Positions 1 through 12,640 of a stretch of 64,000 nt of DNA are shown one piece after another. A program made the translations under genes and the position numbers. The notes under the pieces are model-generated. The model was not told the DNA's origin. It was given only the letters and a program-made list of their open reading frames with translations, and made no database searches. The stretch's first letter is position 1. Each line of letters starts with the position of its first letter. The DNA is from the human T2T-CHM13v2.0 reference genome, Homo sapiens. The stretch is taken from assembly GCF_009914755.1 (NCBI RefSeq), contig NC_060935.1. One strand, given 5' to 3'.

Positions 1-737
1 TTTCATGCTTTAAACTCATCCCCAAATCTCACCCTCACTCCCAGTGCCAGGATCCTAGAAGTCCCTCTTCATACTGCTCCAACCCGTGTGCATGCACTTA
101 ACTCTGTCCTTACCTCTTAACATTGCCTCTGTCCTTGCACTTAACATAAGCTGTATTAATCTGGAATTATCTGGAAAAGTTCATTTTCTCTACTTATGGG
201 CAGAAATTATGACTTCATCTTCTTTGTGTGCCCATGGCCCGAAAATACCTGAATAAGTGCTCGTTGAATAAATGTAGGAACTATTGTGAAATAGCATATT
301 TCCCATAAGCTTCAAGGTTCTTTGCTGCTGCTGCCCCAACATGTCCATTATGTGGTTCACATATTGGTAAAAATATAAAATGGGCATGATCCTACAACTG
401 AGAGTTTCTCACTTTGGGTAGGGCAGATACAAAAAAACTACTTTTACCTAAATACAGTGTTAAGGTTAGAATAGAGTAGTTTATATTGAGTGTGATCTTT
501 GCTTCGAGTAAGGGAGAAAAGAGAATAATTACCATGAAATTTCATAAACTCTGCACAGGAAAGTCATCTCATCCAAGTCCCAGTCACCAGAAAAAGAATG
601 AAGCCATCTTAGCTAGTCCAGGCCTCTCTTTATCTTTTAGTCACCTTGCCATGGAGGCAAATCGAGGTCTAGATTGAGGTAACTCAGCTCCTTACACTAT
701 GCGGTTGTTCCAGCATGAGCCACTTCTTCCTGCTTAC

Positions 738-962
738 TTCCATGAACGGGCAGGTAGCAAAAGTATGAAAGCCAGTAGGCTCATTTTGGTAGCAAAAGCA
801 GCAGGAGCCAATGGCCCAACCCCAGGAAGTCCATGAATTATTCTCTACGTTTAACTCCATAACAGCATCCACCGTCATTATCGACGCATCTCAGGAATCA
901 TCAGGCACCATCCAGTTTGCTGGATGCACTGAGACAGTCAGTCCCTGAGTGAAGGAGCAGAG
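738..962 (-). other. Candidate non-coding (lncRNA-like) internal exon, 225 nt
   Basis: Minus strand has a strong acceptor tacttttcctcttctAG| (AG at 964-963) and a donor GAA|GTAAGC (GT at 737-736). All three frames contain stops near the exon start. Splice signals only, no transcript evidence. Confidence 0.3.
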
Positions 963-1162
963 CTAGAAGAGGAAAAGTACAGACAGCCTTTAGGATGTGT
1001 AAATGAAGTGAGTCATTTAGTCAGGGGGGTGAGAGGGGTTGGGGTTTTAAAAAAAAGAATATAAGGAAAATTTGTTATATGATTTGTGGCCAGCACAGTC
1101 CAGAGGAGGAAGGTAGCACTTTTACTAAACAGAGGGGATGGCTTCCTGGCCATAAAGACTGA

Positions 1163-1627
<465 letters not shown>

Positions 1628-1769
1628 TAAATTACTACAAAGTATTCTATATTCATTGCAAGAAATGTTTACTACAAATAAGTGGAAAAAATAAAACCTT
1701 CCATAATCACACAACTCAGCAATCAAAACATATTATAGGATAAAAACAGAATTATAGTACTTAGGAAAC

Positions 1770-2150
1770 TTGCTTTTGTAAGTTAACAGTAAGTTATGCA
1801 CATGTTGCCCATGTTGTGAAGTGTCCTTTTATAATGTCATTTTTAGTGGCTGAATATTATTTCATTGTGCAGATGTACCATAATTTATTTAACCAATTAC
1901 AAATTGATAGACTTTTAGATTTATATCCAATTCTTCTTATTTTTAGCACTTGCATGATGAACATCTTTGTAGTAAAATGTTTACAATCTATAATTGCCCT
2001 AGAAGAAATTGCTGCCATAGAATTACTGCATCAAATATATAAATGTACTGATGCTATTTATATGTAAAGCTAAATTTCCCTGCAAAAAGTTTCACAAATT
2101 TATACTCTCACCTGCAGGAGATAAAGGTATGCATTTCCCAATTTCCCACA
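1770..2150 (-). mobile_element. Old L1M (L1ME-like) 3' fragment
   Basis: ggctgaatattatttcattgtgcagatgtaccataatttatttaaccaat...tactctcacctgcagg resembles antisense L1 3' region. Confidence 0.6.
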
Positions 2151-2699
2151 AAGAGTTTTTAAAAGAAAAGCAACTGAATATATTCTCAAAGCTCCTATGT
2201 AGAAACCAGTCTATTGATCACAGTTTATTTATCTGCTTGATTTCAATTCAACATTTATTGAGTACTTCTGTGCTGAGCAATATGGATAGAATCCACATGC
2301 TTAATGAGCCTAATAATGAATGTTCTACTCAACTTGGCCAAAATAGTCACATTGGCTGATATAGAAACACCTATACAAGTATTTTTAAATTATTTTAGGG
2401 TTAAGATTTCCATTTTGAAATCCTTCTTCTATAGATTATGATGTTTGTTTAGCCTCTAACTAAGAATTAATGACAAAGAGTTCACAACTGATCCAACACA
2501 TGTCCAAACTGAGAGTCTTTAATCAGGGAAAGACCTTTATTGTATTAAATTTAAAATTTCTCTCTATAAATTCCACATATTGGTTCTGCTGTTACCTAGG
2601 GAAGAATCTATTTCCTCTTCAAATATGTTATCTGTTCTTCAAGACAAACAGCCCCAATTCCTTCCACATTCCTAATAAAACATTATTTCCAAAATCTTT

Positions 2700-3040
2700 C
2701 CACGATCTGGAATGCCTGTAATTATTTTGTGTTCCTTTTCCTACATCCTGGTGAATCTCTACTCATCCTTCATGGTTCAACGCAAATGTCACCTTTCTTG
2801 ACACTTCACCCACTATATAATCTGTCCAGAATTAATTGCTTCCCTTTCTGTATTCCCACAGCATCATTTTGTACATATCTTTATTATAAGCCTTCACTAC
2901 CCAATGTGGTAATTATTTGTTTGCATTACTGTCTTTATGACTCACCTGTGACCACTTTGAGGACAAAGTCTATGTCCAAAGCACCTGAAACCATACCTAT
3001 TAGACATGGTACGTACTAAAAAATGTGTATTAAAATGAAA
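2700..3040 (+). mobile_element. L2 LINE 3' end
   Basis: tactcatccttcatggttcaacgcaaatgtcacc...ctttgaggacaaagtctatgtc...gcacctgaaacc...aaatgtgtattaaaatgaa, typical of the L2 terminus. Confidence 0.6.
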
Positions 3041-3788
3041 CAGTAGGAGTTTATCATCTAGTACTAATCTGGTATCTAGTAACAAAAGTGAGACATGGAT
3101 ACAAATGACTACAAGTCATAAAACATAGAAGATGGTAAATATCATGAGATGATTACAATTAGGTTCTGTGTAAATGCAAAGATAAGGCATTTAAAAGATA
3201 AGAATGGTGGATATCCTTGAAAGCCAAACTGAGGACATTGTCTTCTCACCATAGACAATGTGAACACATTCTGAGCAGTGTGGGCAGAAAAGCTCAGAGG
3301 AAGGAGCAAGGGAAAAGTCCACTGACAAGCTATAAAGAGTATAAACCAGGATCAGTAATAGCATAGAAAGGATAAAAAAGGAAACCATTGGGAGAAAAGA
3401 GGCAATAGCATTTGGTCACAGATAACTTCTGGGTCAGGGAAGAAAGAGGAGGGAGGGAAATCCATCTGAGATATCCAGCTTGGGTAATTAGGATACTATT
3501 GCTACCCAAATGTAAATTAGTAACTCCAGAAGATGAAACTTGCAGATGTGGATTTATAGCCCATACACTGAGTTAGCTTTTTTTTTTAATTTGAAGGCTT
3601 TTAGAATTAGTATGTTATCTTCAACACACCACAATCCCCACTACTTTCTTTTGTCATGGACTCAGGCCATTTTACTTATTTATATTTCATACTTGGCCCC
3701 TGTAGGAATTTGATTTTATGATTCCTAGCAACAAAAATTAAAAAATCTATAATAGAATGAACTAGTTTAGGACAAACTGTGGTAGCTC

Positions 3789-4005
3789 AGTGGTTCCAAA
3801 CATTTCTTTAGCATTACAATCCTTGATTAAATTAAATCTCCCTTAGAAGTCCCACGTATTTAAAAAAAAAAAAAAAAAAAAAGTTCTCCAGTTAGTAGAA
3901 GCACTAGAGCCCTCATTTACACAACCATCAGTCCCAATCTCATTTGGCACTTAAGACGTTCTCATGAACCTTAGGGACCTGGAAACCATAGTTTGAAAAC
4001 CTCTG
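3789..4005. mobile_element. hAT-Charlie MITE (MER5-like) containing an A21 run
   Basis: Degenerate TIRs cagtggttccaaac ... gtttgaaaacctctg; mononucleotide A run at 3862-3882. Confidence 0.5.
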
Positions 4006-4009
4006 ATAT

Positions 4010-4560
4010 GAATGATAAATTGAGATTTATAGATATTGCTTTTGAGGTACCAACAGATCTACAGGTGAAAATGTTCAGCAAGCCACTGGGTAGAGACAAC
4101 AGGAGACTGGGAGAGAGTTAAGGTCTGGATAAAGATTTGAGAACCATCTGGAAGAAGGTGATATTTGAAGCCATGGTAAATAAATGAGAAGAGTGAGAAA
4201 ATAAGTGGGCAGGAAAATAAAAGAATACAGATAAGAATAGGCCTTTTGGGAATGCCTACATTTTTAAGGTGGGTGAGGAGGGAAAAATCAGCCCAGTAGA
4301 CAGATGAATAATCTGACAAGTAGAAGGAGAATCTGAATAGTATAAAATATTAGAAATTAAGGTAGCAGTTTCAGGAAGAGAGGAGTGATAGAGAGTGTCA
4401 GATAAGCCGGGAAGGAAGATGGCATTGAGGAAAGGTAATCTGTTAGACCACTAACAGATGACTAAAACGATAGCACTACAAGAAGCAACTTCGGAATTAT
4501 GGTGGAGACAACAGGCAGAGAGCAAATGGGATAAGGAGTGAACAGGCAGAGTGTTTACTC
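4010..4560 (-). mobile_element. L2 LINE fragment
   Basis: tttgaggtacc...caggtgaaaatgttcagcaagccactgg...gagagttaaggtctggataaagatttgagaaccatc matches antisense L2. Confidence 0.65.
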
Positions 4561-5399
4561 TCTTGAGACATTTGAAGGTCAAAGAAAAGATATAAATAGG
4601 TTGATAATGTGAAGACCTCACCAGGAATATGGAGAGGTTGCTAAGAAATATGTTAGGTGATAGTGGAAAACATTTTTATGGCAAGTGGATGCTTATATTT
4701 CTTTAGTTCAACCTGGCAGAAAAGTGAAGACATACCACAAGCTCCCCACAAGTGGTTTCTAAACTGTTGCAGGGGCAGTTGGCACTGAAGGGCTGGTGAA
4801 GTCTCCTCTAGGCTTGAGTGTCTGTGGCTGTGTATCGGGTACTGTCTTAAAGGAGATCTCCTCCCCAGTCAATCAATAAAGATTATATATCAATAGGGCA
4901 AGTGAGTTTGTTTTGCCTATGGGGAGACAGAGGAAAAGGAACCATCCCAAGATGATGACAGCATGTGGATCACCTTCAGGCTGGGAGGTATTCTTCTAGG
5001 ATATACCAGATGTACCAATATCTGTTGTGACAATTTGGCTCTGCTCAATGTTGTAAGGTAATGGTCAGGGTTTCAATCCTGTGTAACAATACACATTTCT
5101 TTATTTGATCTGGAGTATATTACATCCAGGGCCAGTGGTCTTGTAAATGCTCACCACTGAATATGAATAAAATCAGTAGAAAGTGAGAATGTGTCTGAAC
5201 AAATTATCCTATCATGAAAAGTAATTCAAAGTGATGCCGTAGTGGTGTGAGTCAGAAGAGACTCTTTCCTCTGTGAAGGACAATGCTTCTTATTGAAGCT
5301 AAGCCCAAAGAGAAATAAATTGGACTATAACACACAGATTTCAGAATCTTGAAAACATAATCACAGAGAATATAATGCTAAGAGTTTGATGATAAGAAT

Positions 5400-5645
5400 T
5401 ATAGCCACTAACATTTATGAATCCTTTATTATACTCCAGGCTCTTTACATACCTTGTCTCATTTAGTCCAAATAGAAATTACGTAAAGTAGAAATTTCCA
5501 ATTTTACTTTTCATTTGAGGAAAGAAAGATTCACAAGGGCTAGGTAACTATCTAAGGTCACAGGGTCAATAAGTGACAGAGCAGGATTATAACTCACATA
5601 TCTCTTATTTATATATTAGTGGTTCCCCAGCATTCTACACTGCCT
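5400..5645 (-). mobile_element. MIR SINE
   Basis: taacatttatgaatcc...tgaggaaagaaagattc...ggtaactatctaaggtcacag...aagtgacagagcaggatt is the antisense MIR core. Confidence 0.7.
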
Positions 5646-6424
5646 GACAGTGATGTTAGTATAACCCTGTACTCCACATCTGCAGATTGACTGAGAGAAC
5701 CCCATTTACTCTTTGAAGGTCAACTTTTCACCAATAGACCATGTGCTTTTGGCAGCTTTTGGCCTCGGCAGGACTGTTTGCATCACTGGGCTCAGACCAC
5801 ACTTCATGTGCCCCAGAAAGGTAGACTGTGTAATGGAAATAAAATATAAAACTGTTTCAGTCTTGGAGCGGCACCAGACAAGAAAGCACGCAAATATAGT
5901 TGGCAATCCCTGACACCTGAGGAGGCTCCAGATCAGCAGGGCGACCTCGCCCAAATAATGACACTTGAAAGCCAAGACTATTCAAGTAAGAATTAGATAT
6001 GTATGGAGATTTTCCAAAGGAGAGGCGGTAAAACTGTTTCTTCACACAAGCTATTCTTCCCTACCAAAGGTCTGGGAGGGAAGGAAAGATAAGGGTCCTA
6101 GCCAGCCTTCTGCTGGGAAGTGTCAGCCATGCCTAGGAGCCCATCATTCATCATCATGTGGCACAGATGATTACTATGAACAGCTCAGGTGTTCATAATA
6201 ATGGACTGGATTCAGTTTTCTATTTATCAAATCCTATCTGTATGGTGGATAAAACTTCAGTCTTGCTGTCAAGGCTTACAAATCAGTTTCTCCTATACTA
6301 ATGTAAATCCCAAGGTTTGGCTCCTCTTGCCAAAATGGATCCCATACATACAATACATACTTGAGGGAAAACAAAAATACCATATCTCTCTTATTCCTGA
6401 AAGAGTTTCAGGACATTAAAAATT

Positions 6425-6632
6425 ATCTAGTGCCCAAGGGAGAGAATACAGTCATGGGTTCTTAGTTTCTGTTTCTGGTCGGGCCAGTAAAGCCCCTTCC
6501 TCATCCCTCTTTTCCACTTAACACTAGAGACAGACACTAAAAACCATGGCTTCAGGCTGCTAAAAGCCTAAAACAAAACAAAACAAAACAGAAAAACAAC
6601 AACAACAACAATAAGGAAGGTTGTACAAACTT
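6425..6632. mobile_element. MER30B-like hAT-Charlie DNA transposon remnant
   Basis: gtgcccaagggagagaatacagtcatgggttcttagtttctg...aaaagcctaaaacaaaacaaaac...ggttgtacaaactt matches recalled MER30B; includes (AAAAC)n/(AAC)n. Confidence 0.7.
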
Positions 6633-6911
6633 AATATAGTCTTTCCCTCTGGGCCTTAAAAAAGAAAAGTGTGGCTTGTTGTTCCTCACTATGCTGAGGG
6701 CACTCTGGTTGAGATTGGGTGCCATGAGGTGTAAAGTGATTGTCGAAATTCAGATCAACAATGAAAACAGTTCTCTGATTTAGAGAAAGCTACTGGATTC
6801 CCACAAAACCTGGCCAAGTGTGGGCAACAGGGAAAGACGGAGCAGGTGAGAAATGAACCAGATCAGTGGTATCATAATAGTTGTGACTACATTTCCTCAT
6901 CAGTAAAATAA

Positions 6912-7199
<288 letters not shown>

Positions 7200-7630
7200 T
7201 CAGAACCACCACCCCGTGTGTCAATAACTAGCCCATAAAAAGTCTATGCCCTTCAAATATCACTACCTCTTCAGAATAACCAGGAACTTTTACTGCTTAA
7301 CTAAAGCAACATGGGGTTCTACCAACCTACTACTTTCTTATTGCTACAGTAGACTACATAATCTTTGATTGTCAAAAATAAATAACCAGAAGTCCATACT
7401 GATATAAATATTAATAAATGACTGAATAAATAAATGGGGGAAAGAGACAAATCTCTCGTGCAGAAAAATTCCAAATTATTTATATAGATAAACTGCTCTC
7501 AAAGAGATGGAGTATAACTGCTCACTCCTTAAGCGTGGGTTGTGCAGTGAATTCCTTCCAAAGAGTATAGTATGAAAGGGGAGAAAAAACAAAAACTTCA
7601 CAGTGGAGAAGCCTTACATATATACTACTA

Positions 7631-8012
<382 letters not shown>

Positions 8013-8164
8013 GGCACTTTAATTCTGTGGTCTTCCTCCTAAAAACCCATAACAGACTAGTTATGAGAAAAACATCAGACAAATCCCAGTAGAAGTATGT
8101 CCTTCAACATGCCGAACCAATACTCCTCAAAACTGTCAAGGTCATAAAAAACAAAGAAAGTCCA

Positions 8165-8492
8165 TGCTATGGTCTAAATATTTGCATCTCCCCAAAATTC
8201 ATATGTTGAGATTCTAAACCTCAAGGTGATGGTGTGGGAGATTATTAGGTCATGAGGGTGGGGCCCTCCTGAAGATAATTAGTGCCCTTATAAAGGAGGC
8301 TTGAGAGAGACCCTTCATCACCTACACCATGTAATAGGAAGAAGGTTCTGTCTACGAGGAAGGGGGCTTTCACTGGACACAAATCTGTCAGGATCTTAGT
8401 CTTGGACTTCCTAGCCTTCAGAACTACAAAAAGCAAATTTCTATTGTTTATGTGTCACCTATGCTATTTTGTTATAGTAGCCTGAACAGACA
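8165..8492 (+). mobile_element. MLT1A-type MaLR solo LTR
   Basis: tgctatggtctaaat...ccccaaaattcatatgttg...cttggacttcctagccttcagaact...tttgttatagtagcctgaacagaca; TG...CA ends, 5-bp flanks gtcca/gtctg. Confidence 0.85.
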
Positions 8493-8929
8493 GTCTGAGA
8501 AGTTGTCACAGCCAAGAGGAGCCTAAGGAGACATGATAACCAAAGGTAATGTGGCATCTTGGATAAAATTCTGGAACAGAAAAAGGATATTAGGTAAAAA
8601 CTAAGAAAATCAGAATAAAATATAGACATCAGTTAATAATAACTAGTAATAGTATTCATAATAATTAGTTGACAGTATATCATTATTTGTACATTAATTA
8701 CAATAAATATATAATATTAATATAAAATATTAACAATAGGGGAACTGAATGAGAGGTATATAGGGACTCTTTATATCATCATCACAATTTTTCTTTACAT
8801 CTAAAACCATTCTAAAAAATAAAATCTATTTTAAAAATGAATGAATGTGTAAACAAATAATAAAAAGACCATTTTTTTAAGATCCAACAGTAGAGAGTTG
8901 TAATGAAGAAAAGATCAATTATGTATCCC

Positions 8930-9170
8930 ATTACTGGTTCTGTGTTAAGGCTGCCTCACCTTCCCAGGCCTCTGTTTCCATGTCTGTAAAAGGCAGTGTG
9001 GTGTAATGGTTAAGCAGCATAGGCTTTGAGCCAGAAAGTCCTGAGTTTGCATTCCAGCTCTGATTTCTATGAGCTCTATGATCTCAAACCTTGGTTTCAT
9101 TATCTAATAATGCCTACCCCATAGAGTTAACATGAAGACTAAATGAGATGGTGTGCTTGGAAGCATTTAG
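8930..9170 (+). mobile_element. MIR SINE(s)
   Basis: ggcagtgtggtgtaatggttaag...ctttgagccagaaagtcctgagtttgcattccagctct...aatgcctaccccatagagtt...aaatgagat. Confidence 0.7.
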
Positions 9171-9910
9171 GTAAGTAGAAAGCATATAAAAGTGTCAGGG
9201 ACAAGTCATTGGAGGAAGCTGGAGCCTCAGCAGGAATAAAGCCCTGTGATCACTTGTATAAATGGACAAAGCTGTGTCAGACATTGTTAGCAGGATGATT
9301 TGTCCTCAAAGTCAAGTAGCAAGGAAGGCGAGGACAGTAGACGAGGCTCCTCTCTTGTCTCCTTTTGGGCACCAGGTCTGATAACCTTCCCTCCTAAGAA
9401 GGACTAGGAGCTAAGAAAATGAAGCAGAGCTGCTTGTCTGGACCTCTAGTTGAAGAGGAACAGGCTGGCAGCACCGTCTTGGAAAATCCATAAAGAAATC
9501 GACTGACAGTTTTATTTATTTCAGCTGCTTAATGGAGCACATTTTTGCCAGTGGATATTGAAATCTTCGTTCCTTTCAGAGGAATGATTGCTGCACCTTC
9601 CTCTTTAGGACCACTCACCTCATGTTCAAAATACAGCTTTGGAGGAGAATGAAATGTTTTTCAAGAGCACGTAGGGGTTGCAGCTTTTGCAGTAAGTTTC
9701 CTCATATAGCTTCAGAACTCATCAAAGAATCCACTCCCAGCAGGCCTCGGTCTCTGCTCTCTCATCCTGTGAGCCCAAACTTTCAGGAGCACTAGGCCAG
9801 GACTATCCTGAATCCCCTGCCAAAGATGCAAAATTCAGGCTGATGCCCATTCTCTGAATCCTCTGACGTTTCCCCAATCCTGTATTTAAAATGATCCTTA
9901 TCCTTTTCAG

Positions 9911-9972
9911 CTAGGATGTGACCCTAAAAAGGCACATTTAGGATCATTTTCAAGAGTCTTGTCTTGGCACAG
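9911..9972 (+). other. Candidate small exon, 62 nt
   Basis: Acceptor tccttatccttttcAG| ending at 9910; donor CAG|GTAAGA at 9973. Splice signals only. Confidence 0.3.
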
Positions 9973-10074
9973 GTAAGACTCTTTTCATATCAATCTTTGT
10001 CTAAGATCACATTGGGTAATGGAAAGACCTCAGCAATGATTCTTCATGTATCAAAAAAAAAAATGGCAAGATCA

Positions 10075-10285
10075 GAGAATGGCTCTGGAGTCAGAGAAGA
10101 TGGAGTTAAAATCCTGATGCTGTCACTTATTAGCTGAGTGACCTTTTGGCAGGTTGCTTAACTTCTCTGAGCCTCAGTTTCCTTATCTCTAGAAGGGCAA
10201 TACAATCTTTACAAGACTCAAGTTAGATGATGAATGCGAAGTGCCTAGTGCCACACTAGGTGCATGCTCGGCATTCACTAAACAA
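10075..10285 (+). mobile_element. MIR SINE
   Basis: ggctctggagtcag...cacttattagctgagtgacc...cttaacttctctgagcctcagtttcctt MIR core. Confidence 0.8.
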
Positions 10286-12573
10286 TAAGTTTAGCAGAAT
10301 AGGGGTTTCAAATGAAATAGAGATGGTCCCATAAGCCTTTGGAAATTTGCTTAATGTAGAAGGTGAAACAAGCTACATAAATGGAGCTGAATAATTTGAA
10401 ATTGGTTGAGAAAAAAATGAACTCTCAATGAGATTACGAATCATTCTAGTTGCTGTCTTGGACTTGCTCCAAGAATAATTATTGTGGTTTTAATTTACAA
10501 GATGAAATAGGAGCTGCTTCTGAGAGTAAAGGGAGAAACAAGAGGGTGGTCTGACCAGTCCCCACCACCCACATTCACAACCTGCATGGCCAACACCAAC
10601 CAGTGGCCTTCCAACTACCACAAAGCCCCTGGAACAGCTTCATGTCCCTAAAACCAGGTTCTTTTCCTATGTATTGTCATGACGGAGGCCCATAGGCCCA
10701 GAGAGGATCGCATCTGTTCCCACCACAGGTGACACAAGTTCCAGCCAGGCTCTTCAAAGCACAACCTGTTCTGTACTCTCTGCCCGCCCCCTCCTGCTAG
10801 TTAAAGATGTCAGTGAAGCTGAAGAACTCAAGACTGATTGATAACAACTTCAATCTCCTGAGGCTCACTTGTTCCTTTTTTAAAAATTTCATTCTGTTTG
10901 CCAGCTGCTTCTGTTCATAAAAGGCTGGGGAAACATTAGCACCATATGTCTTCTGGTTATCTGGGTGTCTAATGCAAAATGTATTTAAAGGATTTATCAA
11001 ATTCTAATAGACAAGCTAGAATGAAAGTTCTGGTTTCCTGCAGACATTTCAAATTTTCTCTTTCTTTTCTTTGAGGAAAGCCATGGCTCACAGCCTCAGA
11101 CTCTGCCAGCTGTTCCCTCTCCCTCCTCAATTTGCCTCTGGTGCCTGGCATGGAACTTTGCATCTGTGCATATTGAGCAGATATGTATGAAATTTAAGGG
11201 AACTGTGAATATAAGGAGAGAATTGTCCTGAGTTACACAATTAATATAAATACAGAGGCTTGGCATCAATTTTAAGTTAGAGTTCCTCTGTTAAGTCCTG
11301 AAAATGTATTTGCTCATGATGAGTGATAGATTCTTGTATCTCTAGCTATATTTTGGGAATAAGTTAAATACCCACTTTTGATTCTTTTTGAGGCATAGAC
11401 TTGGATGCCTTGCTTTTAATCTATGAATTGGAGAGGACTACCCTCATTTACCACTTCCCCTGGAGAACCAGAAACCCCACTCTCCCTGCCAAAAGACTCA
11501 AATTAACTATTTACAGATAATGAAACTATATCCCTTAATTTAAAATCAATAACTAACAATCTCAAGGGCTTACTGGGAAAAAAAATGCTTGACGCTCTTC
11601 CAGCACGTTGTCTGTATCTTTGGCTACTCTAGTTCAATTGTAGTTAATTGGTCTCTTTGCTGGTTGTTTTCCCACAAACACTGAAAAATCCTTAATGGAA
11701 GGGGCTGCACCTCCGTATACACCCCTAGCACTGGGCACAGTGTGTGGCTCGTGGTGACACTGGAATATCGAGAGACTTGAGACAGGATTAGGTTGTTACT
11801 GAAAAAGTCAAGACAAGTGATAAAAGGATAAAGCAGGCACTGCCCAGTACTACCTTACAGAGAGCACTAGATGACACACAAATAACAAAACAGGGGACCT
11901 AATCAAGTATCTTGCTGTATAAATGAGCATGGCACCCTGGCTTGTCCTGCCTGAAATCCCCACTCTATGCCACACTCTAGACTGGGCAGCAAAGCTAGAA
12001 ACAATAGCTCCAAAAGTCCACCGTGAACACATTATTATCTAGAGATAGCATCTTGCATTCTACATTTTGCTCAACACCAGTCACAAGACCTTCTCTGCGT
12101 GCGAGAAACACTGAGCAACTAGGTCCTGAGCACTTCCATGTAATGCAATAGAAAGATGAGGCCAACCCACTTCCACCAGGTCCCAATATCACAGACAATC
12201 TCACCTCTTCTCCTTCCAATTCCCACTGGCTGTTAGCCTGCCAGCCTCATTGCGGTGTTTTATAAATTCAGCTCTCAGCACAGACATGCTGTTTGGGGAA
12301 AGGAAGCATGTGCAGCAGAGATCTTGCCTGAGTTAAATGCCTCTCCACTGCTTCTGAAAGTGTGACATCTCATCTGATGTGAGCTCACTCCAGCTGCACA
12401 CAGTCCCCTGGTACGAGGAGCGTGTTCCTGCTTCTCAGTCAACCTATTACCTCTGAGTCTCTGACAGTCAGGCTTCCTCATGTCTGACTTGTTCCAGCTC
12501 CAGCAGGGCAATTTACTGTTTAATGTAACTGTGCAAATGGTTTATCTGGAAATCCATGTGCTTCTTTTGGCAG

Positions 12574-12640
12574 CTGTGTTTTCTAATAGCAAACTCAGGG
12601 GTCACAAGTGTGTTCACTCTTATTTTTAAACAATTTGCAG
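12574..12640 (+). other. Candidate small exon (67 nt) or recursive splice site
   Basis: Acceptor cttcttttggcAG| ending at 12573; perfect donor CAG|GTAAGT at 12641, itself preceded by a pyrimidine/T-rich stretch. Confidence 0.3.
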
